Source: Elusimicrobiota bacterium
Lineage (GTDB): Bacteria > Elusimicrobiota > Elusimicrobia > UBA1565
DNA length: 64,000 bases
NCBI GenBank assembly: GCA_041650695.1
Contig: JBAZKS010000020.1
Coordinates: 9,364 to 73,363 of the forward strand
Direction of reading: 5' to 3'
Shown: positions 1 through 7,929 of the stretch, one piece after another
Layout of the letters: every line of letters starts with the position of its first letter
Position numbering within the stretch: the first letter of the stretch is position 1
Translations under genes and position numbers: made by a program
Notes under the pieces: generated by a model
Databases searched by the model: none
What the model was told of the DNA's origin: nothing
Seen by the model: the letters and a program-made list of their open reading frames with translations, nothing else

Positions 1-209
1 GGGGGGATGACCATCATTTTGACCGCGTTGGGCACCTGCTTGAGCGCGGACCAGGGGTAGCTGATCATGACCGAGCCCAGGGTCCCGCCGAAGATGAGGA
101 CGATGGCCTCGACGTTGAGCAGGAACTGGGCCATGTCGCCGGCGACGAGGATGAATACCACCACTCCCAGGCCGATGATCGTGCCCAGGATCGTCATCAG
201 GTCTAGCAT
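1..209 (-). CDS. MotA/PomA-family stator channel protein, N-terminal fragment (gene continues past the left edge)
   Basis: Manual minus-strand translation from ATG 209-207 gives MLDLMTILGTIIGLGVVVFILVAGDMAQFLLNVEAIVLIFGGTLGSVMISYPWSALKQVPNAVKMMVIP. This has the MotA/PomA-like start (MDLxTxxG), TM1, and a GGTLG-type TM2. The frame is open to position 1. It starts 10 nt after the stop (220-222) of the upstream gene. It is absent from the ORF track because no stop lies in the window. With 69 aa I cannot exclude another MotA/TolQ/ExbB member. Confidence 0.6.
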   Translation of the reverse strand, partial: MLDLMTILGTIIGLGVVVFILVAGDMAQFLLNVEAIVLIFGGTLGSVMISYPWSALKQVPNAVKMMVIP

Positions 210-219
210 GGGCTGATCC

Positions 220-2226
220 TCACGAGGTCCCCTTGCTCGGCGGTTCCGGGAGGTCTAAAAAATCGAAGGCGCCCGGCGCGGAGGGAGATTCTCCGGGGAG
301 GCTTCCGAGCTCCGGGAAGTCCAGCTCGTCGAAGACCGAGTCCTTGGTCCCGGGAGGCATGGTGCCCATGTCCAGCGGGTCGTCCGGATTCTCGGCCGGG
401 AATTCTTCTTCCGCGACCGGCGCCGGAGCCCGCGCGGCCGGCGCGGGTTTGGGCGGCTCCGCGGGTGCGGGCGTCGGCGCGGCCGCGGGAGGCTTCGCCT
501 GCGGCTCAGGAGCCGCGCACGCCGGGGTTTCCTGGGGGGGTGGCGCCGTCTTCCCGTTGCCCTTCCTCTTAGGGGCCGGCTCTTCCTCGGCATCGAGGTC
601 TTCCGGCGGAAGCCGTCGCTTCCTGGGCTTCGGAGGCTCGGCCGCAGTGCTTTCGACCTGCTGAGGCGCAGCGACCGACACGTGGATGACCGGGGTCTGG
701 GGCGCGGGCGCGGCGGCCGGCGCCCGCGGCTCGGGTGCGGTCAGCCCCAGGTCCAGGACCTGGACCGACTCGTCCTCGGGCCCGGCGCCGTCCGGAGACC
801 CTTCGGCGCCCTTCTTGAACGTGATCTTGCCTTCGTGCACGAGCTGGGTCAGGGCCGTGAGCACCTTCTTCTGCTCCCGGTTGAGCGCGTCCGGGGGAAG
901 CTGCTGGGAGAGCTCGATCTCCTGGGAGAGCCACGCGGCGAGCCCGCCGGTCAGCTTCGGCAGCAGCTGGCTGCGCAGGGCTTCGTTGGACTTGAGCACG
1001 GCGGCCAGGCTCTGCACCGGGATGCGGCGGGTCAGGATCTTGAGTTCGTTGGACTCCAGGAGCGCGATGTCCTCGATGAGGATCATGCGGTGGCTGAGTC
1101 TCGCGCTGAGGTTCTGGTCCTCGTCCGCGACCGTCTTGAGGACCTCCTCCTGCAGACTCGTCGGGGACGACTCCAGGATGGACGCCAGCTTATCCTCCCC
1201 GCCCATGAGGTACTCGATGCGCTTGCGCACGTCGTGCTCGATCGCCTTGACGTCCTTCTCCTGGAGCTGGACGACCTTGCTCATGTGCTTGACCACCTGC
1301 TGGCGCATGGCGGGGGCCATCTGCTGGAGCAGCTGGGAGGCCAGGGCGGAGGGGACGTATTGGATCACGACCGCGGCCATGCGGGAGTCCATCGTGCGCA
1401 TGAGCACCTTGAGCATGGGGAGATGGCGCTCCTCCAGGAACGAGAACGGCAGGGCCTCCGGGGCCCCTTCCTCGCCCTCGGACTTGCCAGCCTGCGGGAG
1501 CGCGGCCTGCACCACGGTGGTCGCGGCCGGGGCGGCTTCCGCGGGCGCCGCCGCCGGGGGTTTCGCCGCCACCGACGCCTGCAGGGCGATCATCTCGCGC
1601 ATGACGTTGAGCAGGGGCTTCAGGAATCGGGAGTAGACCAGGACCACGGCGACGAAAACGAGCAGGAGCCAGAGGCCGGACACGAGCCAGGAGTTCCCGA
1701 GCGGGCTTGCCGCGGCCTCGGCGGCAGCTTTCCCCATCCTCCCCGCCGGGGCCTTGGCGGAGCGCTTTAGGTCCATCTTGCGCACCGTGACCCGGTCTCC
1801 CCGCTGCGGCTTGACCGCGAGAATGTCGTCGGCGGTCTTGCGCACGAGCTGCAGATCCGCCTCGCTGGCGGATTGGTCCACGAGGATGTCCGCGGAGATG
1901 CTCTTGACCATGGTCCTGGCGGTGGAGTCCGCGCGGTCGCCCGCCAGGGTGTCCTTGATCGGCACGCCCGGCAGGATCTCCGCTTCAGCCGCCTCGGAGG
2001 CGGTGAGCGTCTCCACGTTGACCATCACGATGACGTCCTCGGTGCCGAGCACCCGCTGGAGCACGGCCTGCAGGCGCTTCTCCAGGGAGGCTTCCAGGGC
2101 CACCTTGGCTTCGATCTCGCGCGAGGCCGAGGCGGGCGTGGTGGTCGCGGCGTGCGTCAGGGGAAGGGCCCCGCCGAAAAGCAGACAGGCCGACAGGACT
2201 GGATGCGGGATCCGGTGCACGTTCAT
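220..2226 (-). CDS. Membrane-anchored chimera: signal peptide, FliF/YscJ-like ring motif, one TM, FliG middle/C-like domain, Pro/Ala/Glu-rich tail
   Basis: ORF 220..2403 is trimmed to ATG 2226, where MNVHRIPHPVLSACLLFGGALPLTHA reads as a signal peptide. The periplasmic segment LEKRLQAVLQRVLGTEDVIVMVNVE...VKSISADILVDQ resembles a FliF/YscJ ring-building motif. The TM is WLVSGLWLLLVFVAVVLVY. The cytoplasmic part IEDIALLESNELKILTRRIPVQSLAAVLKSNEALRSQLLPKL...NREQKKVLTALTQLVHEGKITF aligns by hand to the FliG C-terminal domain. The last ~190 aa are low-complexity Pro/Ala/Glu. Confidence 0.7.
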   Translation of the reverse strand: MNVHRIPHPVLSACLLFGGALPLTHAATTTPASASREIEAKVALEASLEKRLQAVLQRVLGTEDVIVMVNVETLTASEAAEAEILPGVPIKDTLAGDRADSTARTMVKSISADILVDQSASEADLQLVRKTADDILAVKPQRGDRVTVRKMDLKRSAKAPAGRMGKAAAEAAASPLGNSWLVSGLWLLLVFVAVVLVYSRFLKPLLNVMREMIALQASVAAKPPAAAPAEAAPAATTVVQAALPQAGKSEGEEGAPEALPFSFLEERHLPMLKVLMRTMDSRMAAVVIQYVPSALASQLLQQMAPAMRQQVVKHMSKVVQLQEKDVKAIEHDVRKRIEYLMGGEDKLASILESSPTSLQEEVLKTVADEDQNLSARLSHRMILIEDIALLESNELKILTRRIPVQSLAAVLKSNEALRSQLLPKLTGGLAAWLSQEIELSQQLPPDALNREQKKVLTALTQLVHEGKITFKKGAEGSPDGAGPEDESVQVLDLGLTAPEPRAPAAAPAPQTPVIHVSVAAPQQVESTAAEPPKPRKRRLPPEDLDAEEEPAPKRKGNGKTAPPPQETPACAAPEPQAKPPAAAPTPAPAEPPKPAPAARAPAPVAEEEFPAENPDDPLDMGTMPPGTKDSVFDELDFPELGSLPGESPSAPGAFDFLDLPEPPSKGTS

Positions 2227-2315
2227 GAGAAAAAACCGCACTTCCCGAAGGTTAACATCGGGGGGGCGGAATGTCAAGGCGCGGGCAACGGAATTGTAAC
2301 ATCTGCCGGAGATTG

Positions 2316-2324
2316 TGATACAAT
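2316..2324 (+). promoter_or_regulatory. Extended -10 element (TGaTACAAT) predicting a leaderless transcript for the receiver gene
   Basis: TGATACAAT lies at 2316-2324. The first ATG (2333) begins 9 nt after the last base of the hexamer, and there is no Shine-Dalgarno sequence in between. The -35 is weak (TTGTAA, 19-nt spacer). Confidence 0.4.
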
Positions 2325-2332
2325 CCCGGCTA

Positions 2333-2725
2333 ATGCTTTTCTTCGGGGAACAGAAAAAGAAGACCATCCTGCTCGTTGACGACGACGTTTCTGTGCGCAC
2401 CATGCTGGGGATGCTCTTCCAGTCCCAGGATTACGAGGTGCTGGAGGCCTCCAGCGGGGACCAGGGCGTCCGGTTGGCGATCGAGAAGCTGCCGGACGCC
2501 ATCATCCTCGACGTCATGCTGCCGCAGATGTCCGGGTTCGAGGTCCTCGGGCTGCTCCGCTCCAACGAGAAGCTCGCCAAGACGCCCATCGTCATGTGCA
2601 CCGCCAGGGACACGCTCGACGACGTGGAGCGCTGCCTCTCCGCCGGGGCCAACGACTACATCCAGAAGCCCTTCGACCTGAAGACCGTCTTGGGGAAGAT
2701 CCAGAAGCTCCTCTCCCCGGCCTAG
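2333..2725 (+). CDS. Single-domain response regulator (CheY-like receiver)
   Basis: Receiver signatures are all present: LLVDDD acidic pocket, phospho-acceptor Asp in IILDVMLP, Thr in VMCTA, Lys in IQKPF. There is no output domain. The track start 2315 is GTG; ATG 2333 is preferred because of the promoter geometry. Confidence 0.85.
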   Translation: MLFFGEQKKKTILLVDDDVSVRTMLGMLFQSQDYEVLEASSGDQGVRLAIEKLPDAIILDVMLPQMSGFEVLGLLRSNEKLAKTPIVMCTARDTLDDVERCLSAGANDYIQKPFDLKTVLGKIQKLLSPA

Positions 2726-2744
2726 CGCCCCAGGGACTGCCGTC

Positions 2745-3692
2745 CTAGTTCAGGAGCCCGGGCCGCCCGAACTTCGGCCCCGTGCGGGAGGCCCGCGGCT
2801 GGCGCCGGATGTCGGTCACTTTGGACTGGTAGAAGAGCAGGACCTTGCGCACGTAGAAGCGGCTCTGGCGGAGCCACCATCTCGAGCGCAGGAAGTGCGG
2901 CCCGGCATGGTAGGAGGCGACCACGCGCTGGACGACCCAGAGAGGGGCGTCGCGGTAGGAGACGCCGCGGAGCTTGTAGAGCTTGAACGCCCTGTCGAAG
3001 AGGTGGGCCAGATAGGCGGTCCCGGCGCGGATGTTCTCCTCCGGGTCGTTGAGCCGGTGGCGGTCCCCGCCCACGGACTCGGCGGTCCCGGGCAGCATCT
3101 GCATGAGCCCGAGGGCCCCGGCCGGGGACTTCGCCGCCGGCTTGAACTCGGATTCCGCGGCGATGATGGATTTGACCAGGCGGGGGTCGAGCCCGTACGC
3201 GCGGGAGTACTTCACGATGAGGTCGTCGTACCGGTCCGATTTCTCGGGTGCGGAGAGAAGGATGCGGAACGTCCTCTCGTAAGCCGGGCTTGCCTGCGGC
3301 GGTCTGACCACGAGAGGATAGCGCAGGGACTTCAGCTTGCCCTTGGGCAGCCTCTTCGGCATGCGCTCGACCCTCTCCGGGAGAGGTTCCGGCTCCGGGG
3401 GCAGCGGCTCCAGGAGCGAGGGGGGCAGAGGCCTGACCGAAAAGACCCCTGCCGGGATCTCCGCCAGGGCGATGAAGGTCGGACCCCCTTCCGTCGCATG
3501 CGAAGGGTGTCCGGCACTTACAGGGGTCTGGTCGGATGCGTGGGCGCTCAGGAGCGAAGCGGCAAGCCAGACCGGCGCTAGAACACGACTAAGGCCCACC
3601 AAGGCTACTATTATACCAAACGCCCGCCGTTCTGTAATGGGGCATCGGCCCCTGGTGCAATATGGGACTTTGGACCCAGGAGCCGGGTCCAT
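2745..3692 (-). CDS. Lytic transglycosylase (SLT domain) with N-terminal membrane/signal segment
   Basis: The SLT motifs AAESEFKPAAKSPAGALGLMQMLPGTA and AGTAYLAHL are present, plus an N-terminal hydrophobic stretch (IIVALVGLSRVLAPVWLAASLL). The start is uncertain, because only 45 nt separate it from the divergent kinase start. Confidence 0.8.
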   Translation of the reverse strand: MDPAPGSKVPYCTRGRCPITERRAFGIIVALVGLSRVLAPVWLAASLLSAHASDQTPVSAGHPSHATEGGPTFIALAEIPAGVFSVRPLPPSLLEPLPPEPEPLPERVERMPKRLPKGKLKSLRYPLVVRPPQASPAYERTFRILLSAPEKSDRYDDLIVKYSRAYGLDPRLVKSIIAAESEFKPAAKSPAGALGLMQMLPGTAESVGGDRHRLNDPEENIRAGTAYLAHLFDRAFKLYKLRGVSYRDAPLWVVQRVVASYHAGPHFLRSRWWLRQSRFYVRKVLLFYQSKVTDIRRQPRASRTGPKFGRPGLLN

Positions 3693-3737
3693 TTGGCTCT
3701 ACCAAGTCTAATGGCGACCTGCTACCGTAGCGTTAGG

Positions 3738-5609
3738 ATGAACACGCCCATCCTGTCGGCGCTGCTGTTGGCGGCGTCTCCCTCCGTCTGGGCCGATGCG
3801 CGCTCGGAGCGGGAGGTGCGGGACGCGGTCACGCGCGCCGTCCCAAGCTGGCGGAGCAGCGCTCCGGCCGTCATGCCTCAAGGCGCCGATTGGGTGGACA
3901 TGGGGACATACCAATTCGTCCCGCCCGCGACCCCGGAAGGCGTGCACGCCAGGTTCTGGAGCCAGATCTACCGGATGGAGCGCAAGCGCGCGGCCTACGG
4001 CGAGGGGAGCGGGGACGGCCTGGTGGAGGGCATCCAGCAGGACCTGGCCAAGCTCTCCAGGCAGGAGCAGTTCGACGCCATGCTGCGCTTCCTGCGCATG
4101 ACCTTCCATTATCGAAGGCGCGAGGACCCCAAGAGCCAGGTCCAGGACAGGGTCTTCCACAACAACCGCTTCATGGAGGAAGTCCGGGACTTCGCCAGGC
4201 TGGCGCGCAAGGCGGCCGACGAGAAGAAGAACGACACCTATCTCAGGCTCTTCGCCAGCGTCCGGGCGCTGGCCTCGGCCGGGCCGGAGGGGCTGCGGCT
4301 GTCCAAGGAACTCGCCGAGATCGCGCCCGACAACTCCTCGGTGCTGAGCCAGCTGGCCCAGGATTTCTTCGACGGGGGGGACCTCTCCAGCGCCATCGAT
4401 GTCAGCCGCCGTGCGATCCAGCTGCAGCCGCAGGGGGCCGACGCCTACACGATCATGGCGAGCGCGAAGTATCAGCTCAACGATTATGAGGGGGCCTACC
4501 GGGCGGCGTCCGCGGCCGTCAAGGCCGATCCCGCCGACCGGGTCGCCTCCAATATCCTGCAGCTGACCCGCGACCGGGTGCCCCTGCCCGCGGTGCTGTC
4601 CTCATCGCAGGGCTCGCACGATAGGACCGGGCGCCGGATGGTCTTCTACATCCTGTGCACCATGGTGGGCGGCTTCCTCGTGGCCCTCGCCCTGCTGCAC
4701 ACGGTGGCCGGCCTGGGCGCGCGCCGCGACACGGCCGCGGTGCAGGTCCGGGACCCGACGCAGCCGCCGGACGCGCCCCCGCCGCTCGTCGGCGGGAGCT
4801 ACCGCGTCACGCGCAAGATCGGCACGGGCGGCATGGGGCACGTGTTCGAGGCGCAGGACGTGCGGCTCGACCGGCGCGTGGCCATCAAGCAGATGCGCGA
4901 GGAGATCAGCTCCAACCCGAAGGAGAAGGCCCGTTTCCTGCAGGAGGCCCGCACCGTCGCCTCCCTCAAGCATCCGAACATCGTTGAGATACACTCGGTG
5001 GTGAGCGAGGGCGGCGAGGTGTACCTCGTCTTCGAGTACGTGGACGGGCACACGGTGTCGCAGTACCTCGACCACTACCACCGCTTGGCTTTCGGGCACG
5101 CCTTGTGGATCATGCAGGGCGTGGGCGCGGCCCTGGAGTACGCCCATCTGCGGGGGATCATCCACAGGGATCTTAAGCCCTCGAACATCATGATCACGCG
5201 CGACAAGTCGGTGAAGGTCATGGATTTCGGCGTGGCCCGGCAGGCGAAGGACACCCTGCAGACCCTCTCCATGGCCGACGCGGCGAGCGGGACCCCTCCG
5301 TTCATGGCCCCGGAGCAGGACCACGGCCAGGTGTGCAAGCAGTCCGACGTCTACGCCCTGGCGGTCTGTTTCTACCAGATGCTGACCGGCGAGCTGCCGT
5401 TCCGCGGGACCGGCGCGTCTTTGGCCCTGGCCAAGATGAGCAACTCCTACACCCCGGCGTCGAAGGTCGTCCGGGGCCTTCCCGCCGGATTGGACGAGGT
5501 CATCGCTTGGGGGCTCGATCCGGATCCCGTCCGCCGCTGCCCGAACCCGGCCAAGTTCGTCTACAGCCTGCAGAGCCTGATCGGAGTCAACGGGCAGGAG
5601 GGGCTGTAA
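3738..5609 (+). CDS. Receptor-topology Ser/Thr protein kinase (signal peptide, periplasmic TPR-like domain, TM, C-terminal Hanks kinase)
   Basis: ATG 3738 gives the signal peptide MNTPILSALLLAASPSVWA (the track start 3693 is TTG). A TPR-like region follows (DAYTIMASAKYQLNDYEGAYRAASAAVKADP), then a TM (VFYILCTMVGGFLVALALL). The kinase has intact motifs GTGGMG, VAIK, HRDLKPSN, DFG and APE. Confidence 0.88.
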   Translation: MNTPILSALLLAASPSVWADARSEREVRDAVTRAVPSWRSSAPAVMPQGADWVDMGTYQFVPPATPEGVHARFWSQIYRMERKRAAYGEGSGDGLVEGIQQDLAKLSRQEQFDAMLRFLRMTFHYRRREDPKSQVQDRVFHNNRFMEEVRDFARLARKAADEKKNDTYLRLFASVRALASAGPEGLRLSKELAEIAPDNSSVLSQLAQDFFDGGDLSSAIDVSRRAIQLQPQGADAYTIMASAKYQLNDYEGAYRAASAAVKADPADRVASNILQLTRDRVPLPAVLSSSQGSHDRTGRRMVFYILCTMVGGFLVALALLHTVAGLGARRDTAAVQVRDPTQPPDAPPPLVGGSYRVTRKIGTGGMGHVFEAQDVRLDRRVAIKQMREEISSNPKEKARFLQEARTVASLKHPNIVEIHSVVSEGGEVYLVFEYVDGHTVSQYLDHYHRLAFGHALWIMQGVGAALEYAHLRGIIHRDLKPSNIMITRDKSVKVMDFGVARQAKDTLQTLSMADAASGTPPFMAPEQDHGQVCKQSDVYALAVCFYQMLTGELPFRGTGASLALAKMSNSYTPASKVVRGLPAGLDEVIAWGLDPDPVRRCPNPAKFVYSLQSLIGVNGQEGL

Positions 5610-5633
5610 AGAGAAGCCCCCCTCGCGGGGGGC
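5608..5633 (-). terminator. GC hairpin with U-tract on the minus strand (terminator for tRNA-Tyr; also closes the convergent kinase gene)
   Basis: GCCCCCC (5616-5622) pairs with GGGGGGC (5627-5633) around a 4-nt loop. On the minus strand the hairpin is followed by TTCTCTTT. Confidence 0.6.
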
Positions 5634-5641
5634 GTGAAGCT

Positions 5642-5725
5642 TGGTTGGGGAAGGATTCGAACCTTCGAAGGGCTGAGCCCGCTGGTTTTACAGACCAGTC
5701 CATTTGACCGCTCTGGCACCCAACC
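5642..5725 (-). tRNA. tRNA-Tyr (anticodon GTA)
   Basis: The reverse complement GGTTGGGTGCCAGAGCGGTCAAATGGACTGGTCTGTAAAACCAGCGGGCTCAGCCCTTCGAAGGTTCGAATCCTTCCCCAACCA folds as a class II cloverleaf. It has a 7-bp acceptor stem, 3-bp D stem, anticodon stem CTGGT/ACCAG with loop CTGTAAA, a long variable arm (GGGC/GCCC), and T arm GAAGG-TTCGAAT-CCTTC. CCA is not encoded. Confidence 0.95.
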
Positions 5726-5746
5726 TTTTCCGAATGCGGCCGAGCA

Positions 5747-5775
5747 ATTCTACCTTATCACGCCTGGGGTGACAA
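5747..5775 (-). promoter_or_regulatory. Sigma70-type promoter for tRNA-Tyr (TTGTCA-17-TAGAAT)
   Basis: On the minus strand, TTGTCA (5775-5770) is followed by a 17-nt spacer and TAGAAT (5752-5747). The tRNA 5' end lies 22 nt downstream. The motif GGTAGAAT is shared with the tRNA-Arg promoter. Confidence 0.55.
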
Positions 5776-5811
5776 TGGGGAACCGCCTCAACAAGGAAGG
5801 GCCATTATTTT

Positions 5812-5841
5812 TGACACAAAAGCAGCATATTATTTGTGTCA
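5812..5841. repeat. Perfect 9-bp inverted repeat TGACACAAA-N12-TTTGTGTCA
   Basis: Read directly from the sequence: 5812-5820 and 5833-5841 are reverse complements. No U-tract follows on either strand, so it looks like an operator rather than a terminator. Confidence 0.6.
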
Positions 5842-6262
5842 GATATGGGTAAGCCACAGCTGTCCGGGAAACCCAGGAATGGGTTTGCTGCTGCTGCTTC
5901 CAGTTGCCCCGGCCTCCGTTTCCGACATTTTAGTCCTTCTATTTCCAGCACTTTTCACATCGCCCGGGCGATGTGAATAATGCTGTGTTTTGCGTCACTT
6001 TTTTTCGCAAATGTGAGGAGTTTAACACGGATATCCCGCGCAGATGCGGCCTCGATCTGATGCTGTCCGGAATCATGTCTTGAGCAAATCTCTCTGAAAG
6101 ACTCCGATTGGAAGGGAACGCATCCAGGATTCGAGATGTTGGAGGCCGTCCGACTCAGGCGCAAGCCGACCAGGCGGGCGTTCCGTCGATGATTGATGCA
6201 TCCGTCGCTCACCGCCGAGCCTGGGTCCGCCCCGGAGAGCAGAATTTCCCCGGACAGTTCTG

Positions 6263-6487
6263 ATGGGTAAGCATGCCGGTTCCACCGATAGCCGCATACT
6301 CAGCTTGATCATGAGTCGTCCCGCCGGTTGGGTGTTCACACCGGCGGACTTGAGCGACTTGGGCAGCCGGGACGCCGTTGCCGGGGCTCTGAAACGGCAC
6401 AAGAAGGCGGGACTTATCCGCCAAGTCGCGCGGGGACTCTACGACTCTTTCCCGGTTTTAATTCAGATTAATCTAAGTCTATGCTAA
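6263..6487 (+). pseudogene. Truncated AbiEi-family antitoxin N-terminal fragment
   Basis: The 74-aa ORF has the pattern typical of AbiEi N-terminal wHTH domains (FTPADLSDLGSRDAVAGALKRHKKAGLIRQVARGLY). It stops immediately after that pattern. No AbiEii-type partner follows. Confidence 0.4.
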
Positions 6488-6523
6488 AAACCAGACTGTA
6501 ATCACGGTTTGGATTATTTAGTA

Positions 6524-6552
6524 TTGACAAATTCTATTCCATACTCTATTCT
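6524..6552 (+). promoter_or_regulatory. Sigma70-type promoter TTGACA-17-TATTCT predicting a leaderless HipA-family mRNA
   Basis: TTGACA (6524-6529) is followed by a 17-nt spacer and TATTCT (6547-6552). ATG 6559 starts 7 nt after the -10 and there is no SD. A direct repeat TCTATTC (6533-6539 and 6545-6551) overlaps the spacer and the -10. Confidence 0.5.
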
Positions 6553-6558
6553 ATAAGC

Positions 6559-7929
6559 ATGCCTAAAAGCCCACGGATTGATTTTGACAGAGTGGCAACG
6601 GATCTTAGAAAGCACCTCCTCAACGGAGTTTCAAGTGCTAGTGAGGCATGCAAATATCTTGGAATTAGCCAGTCAACGTTCTCAAGAGTTGTAACTCGGC
6701 TTACCGATGAGCTGTTGATAGTTGGCCGTGCCAGTAAGACTCGGTATGCTTTGAGAAGGACAATCCCTGATGTCGGATCCCAATGCCCAGTCTATCGCAT
6801 CGATGAACAGGGGAAGACTTCCAAGTTCGGGACTTTGCATGCGATACACTCGCGAGGGTTCTATTGCGAATCATCTCTTGATGCTAAGAACAAGAGCCAT
6901 TTCTTCCCAGACTTCCCCTATTTCCTGGATGACTTGAGACCCAGTGGCTTTTTAGGACGGCTAATTCCCAAGCAACATCTAGATTTGGATTTGCCAAAGA
7001 GGATCGATGATTGGACAGCCAATGACTGCCTGAAATATCTCACACGCTTCGGGCATGACTTGATTGGAGATTTAATTCTTGGAGATGAGGCATTTCAGCG
7101 TTATTTGGATGCAAACCGGGGGAGGCCTCATTTTATCTCGCGTGATGAGCGAAGCGAGGAATATCCAAAACGGGCGATTGATGTCCTGAAATTCGGCGAT
7201 CCTGGGTCCTCTGCAGGCGGGGAACAGCCCAAATTCTCGGCCATAGTCGGCCCAGAGATCACGCCCGTTCTTGTGAAGTTCTCTCCGAAGATCGAAGACA
7301 ATGTGAGTCGGAGACGCGCGGATCTCATGATTTGTGAGCACCTCAGTCTTGATGTCATAAGACGGTCCGGACACTCCGCTACCGAGTCTGAGCTTATTCA
7401 GGGCGAAAATCAGATTTTCCTGGAGGTTAAGCGATTCGACCGCACGGGGATACGAGGACGACTAGGCCTTGCGTCGCTTCGGGCCCTTGACGCCGAGTTT
7501 GTCGGCAATGGAAAGACATGGACGGAGATTTCTCAAGGGCTCTTGAAGCGGAGATTAATAGATGAAGATGCCTATCGCGATATTCGTTGGGCGGAGTGGT
7601 TTGGACACTTTATTGGGAACACTGATATGCATCCCGCGAATATGTCCTTCTATTTCCAACTCCCTCGGGTCGTCGGACTGGCTCCAGTCTACGATATGCT
7701 GCCTATGCTGTACGCCCCACAGAACGACCAAATCATCGAGAGGGAATTCCATCCGCCTTTACCAAAGCCTGACGATGCTGAAATCTGGCGGAGCGCTTGG
7801 ACGGCTGGATGCGAGTTTTGGACGGCCGTGAGCAATGATGCGAGGATATCCTCGAACTTCCGGCAGATCGCTCGGAAGAACCTTGAGCACCTGCGATCAA
7901 TCGAGGGATTGAGAGAACTCCTTCCCTAA
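6559..7929 (+). CDS. HipA-family Ser/Thr kinase toxin with fused N-terminal HTH (YjjJ/HipH-like)
   Basis: An N-terminal HTH is present (ACKYLGISQSTFSRVVTRL). The HipA-like motifs are GSSAGGEQPKFSA and GNTDMHPANMSF (catalytic-loop type N-x-D-x-H-x-x-N). The 456-aa length resembles E. coli YjjJ. G+C is lower than in the neighbouring genes. Confidence 0.75.
   Translation: MPKSPRIDFDRVATDLRKHLLNGVSSASEACKYLGISQSTFSRVVTRLTDELLIVGRASKTRYALRRTIPDVGSQCPVYRIDEQGKTSKFGTLHAIHSRGFYCESSLDAKNKSHFFPDFPYFLDDLRPSGFLGRLIPKQHLDLDLPKRIDDWTANDCLKYLTRFGHDLIGDLILGDEAFQRYLDANRGRPHFISRDERSEEYPKRAIDVLKFGDPGSSAGGEQPKFSAIVGPEITPVLVKFSPKIEDNVSRRRADLMICEHLSLDVIRRSGHSATESELIQGENQIFLEVKRFDRTGIRGRLGLASLRALDAEFVGNGKTWTEISQGLLKRRLIDEDAYRDIRWAEWFGHFIGNTDMHPANMSFYFQLPRVVGLAPVYDMLPMLYAPQNDQIIEREFHPPLPKPDDAEIWRSAWTAGCEFWTAVSNDARISSNFRQIARKNLEHLRSIEGLRELLP

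Noticed and set aside
220-2403. Full-length 727-aa version of the FliG-like ORF, and similar over-extended ORFs (37179..38468, 38078..39886, 34885..35493, 43316..44458, 54380..58291, 60490..62052).
   Set aside because: The upstream portions are Arg/Pro-rich, overlap neighbouring genes or promoters, and precede internal starts. Those internal starts have signal peptides, SD sequences or stop-start overlaps. The genes were trimmed or split accordingly.
5955-6212. Possible remnant of a tyrosine-recombinase gene in the low-GC islet. The minus-strand ORF contains GLRLS and HDSGQH...RDIRVKLL...IIHI, loosely like integrase box I/II.
   Set aside because: The similarity needs several gaps, the spacing between the two boxes is far too short, and the catalytic Arg/Tyr positions are not conserved. 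This is too weak to call without a profile search.
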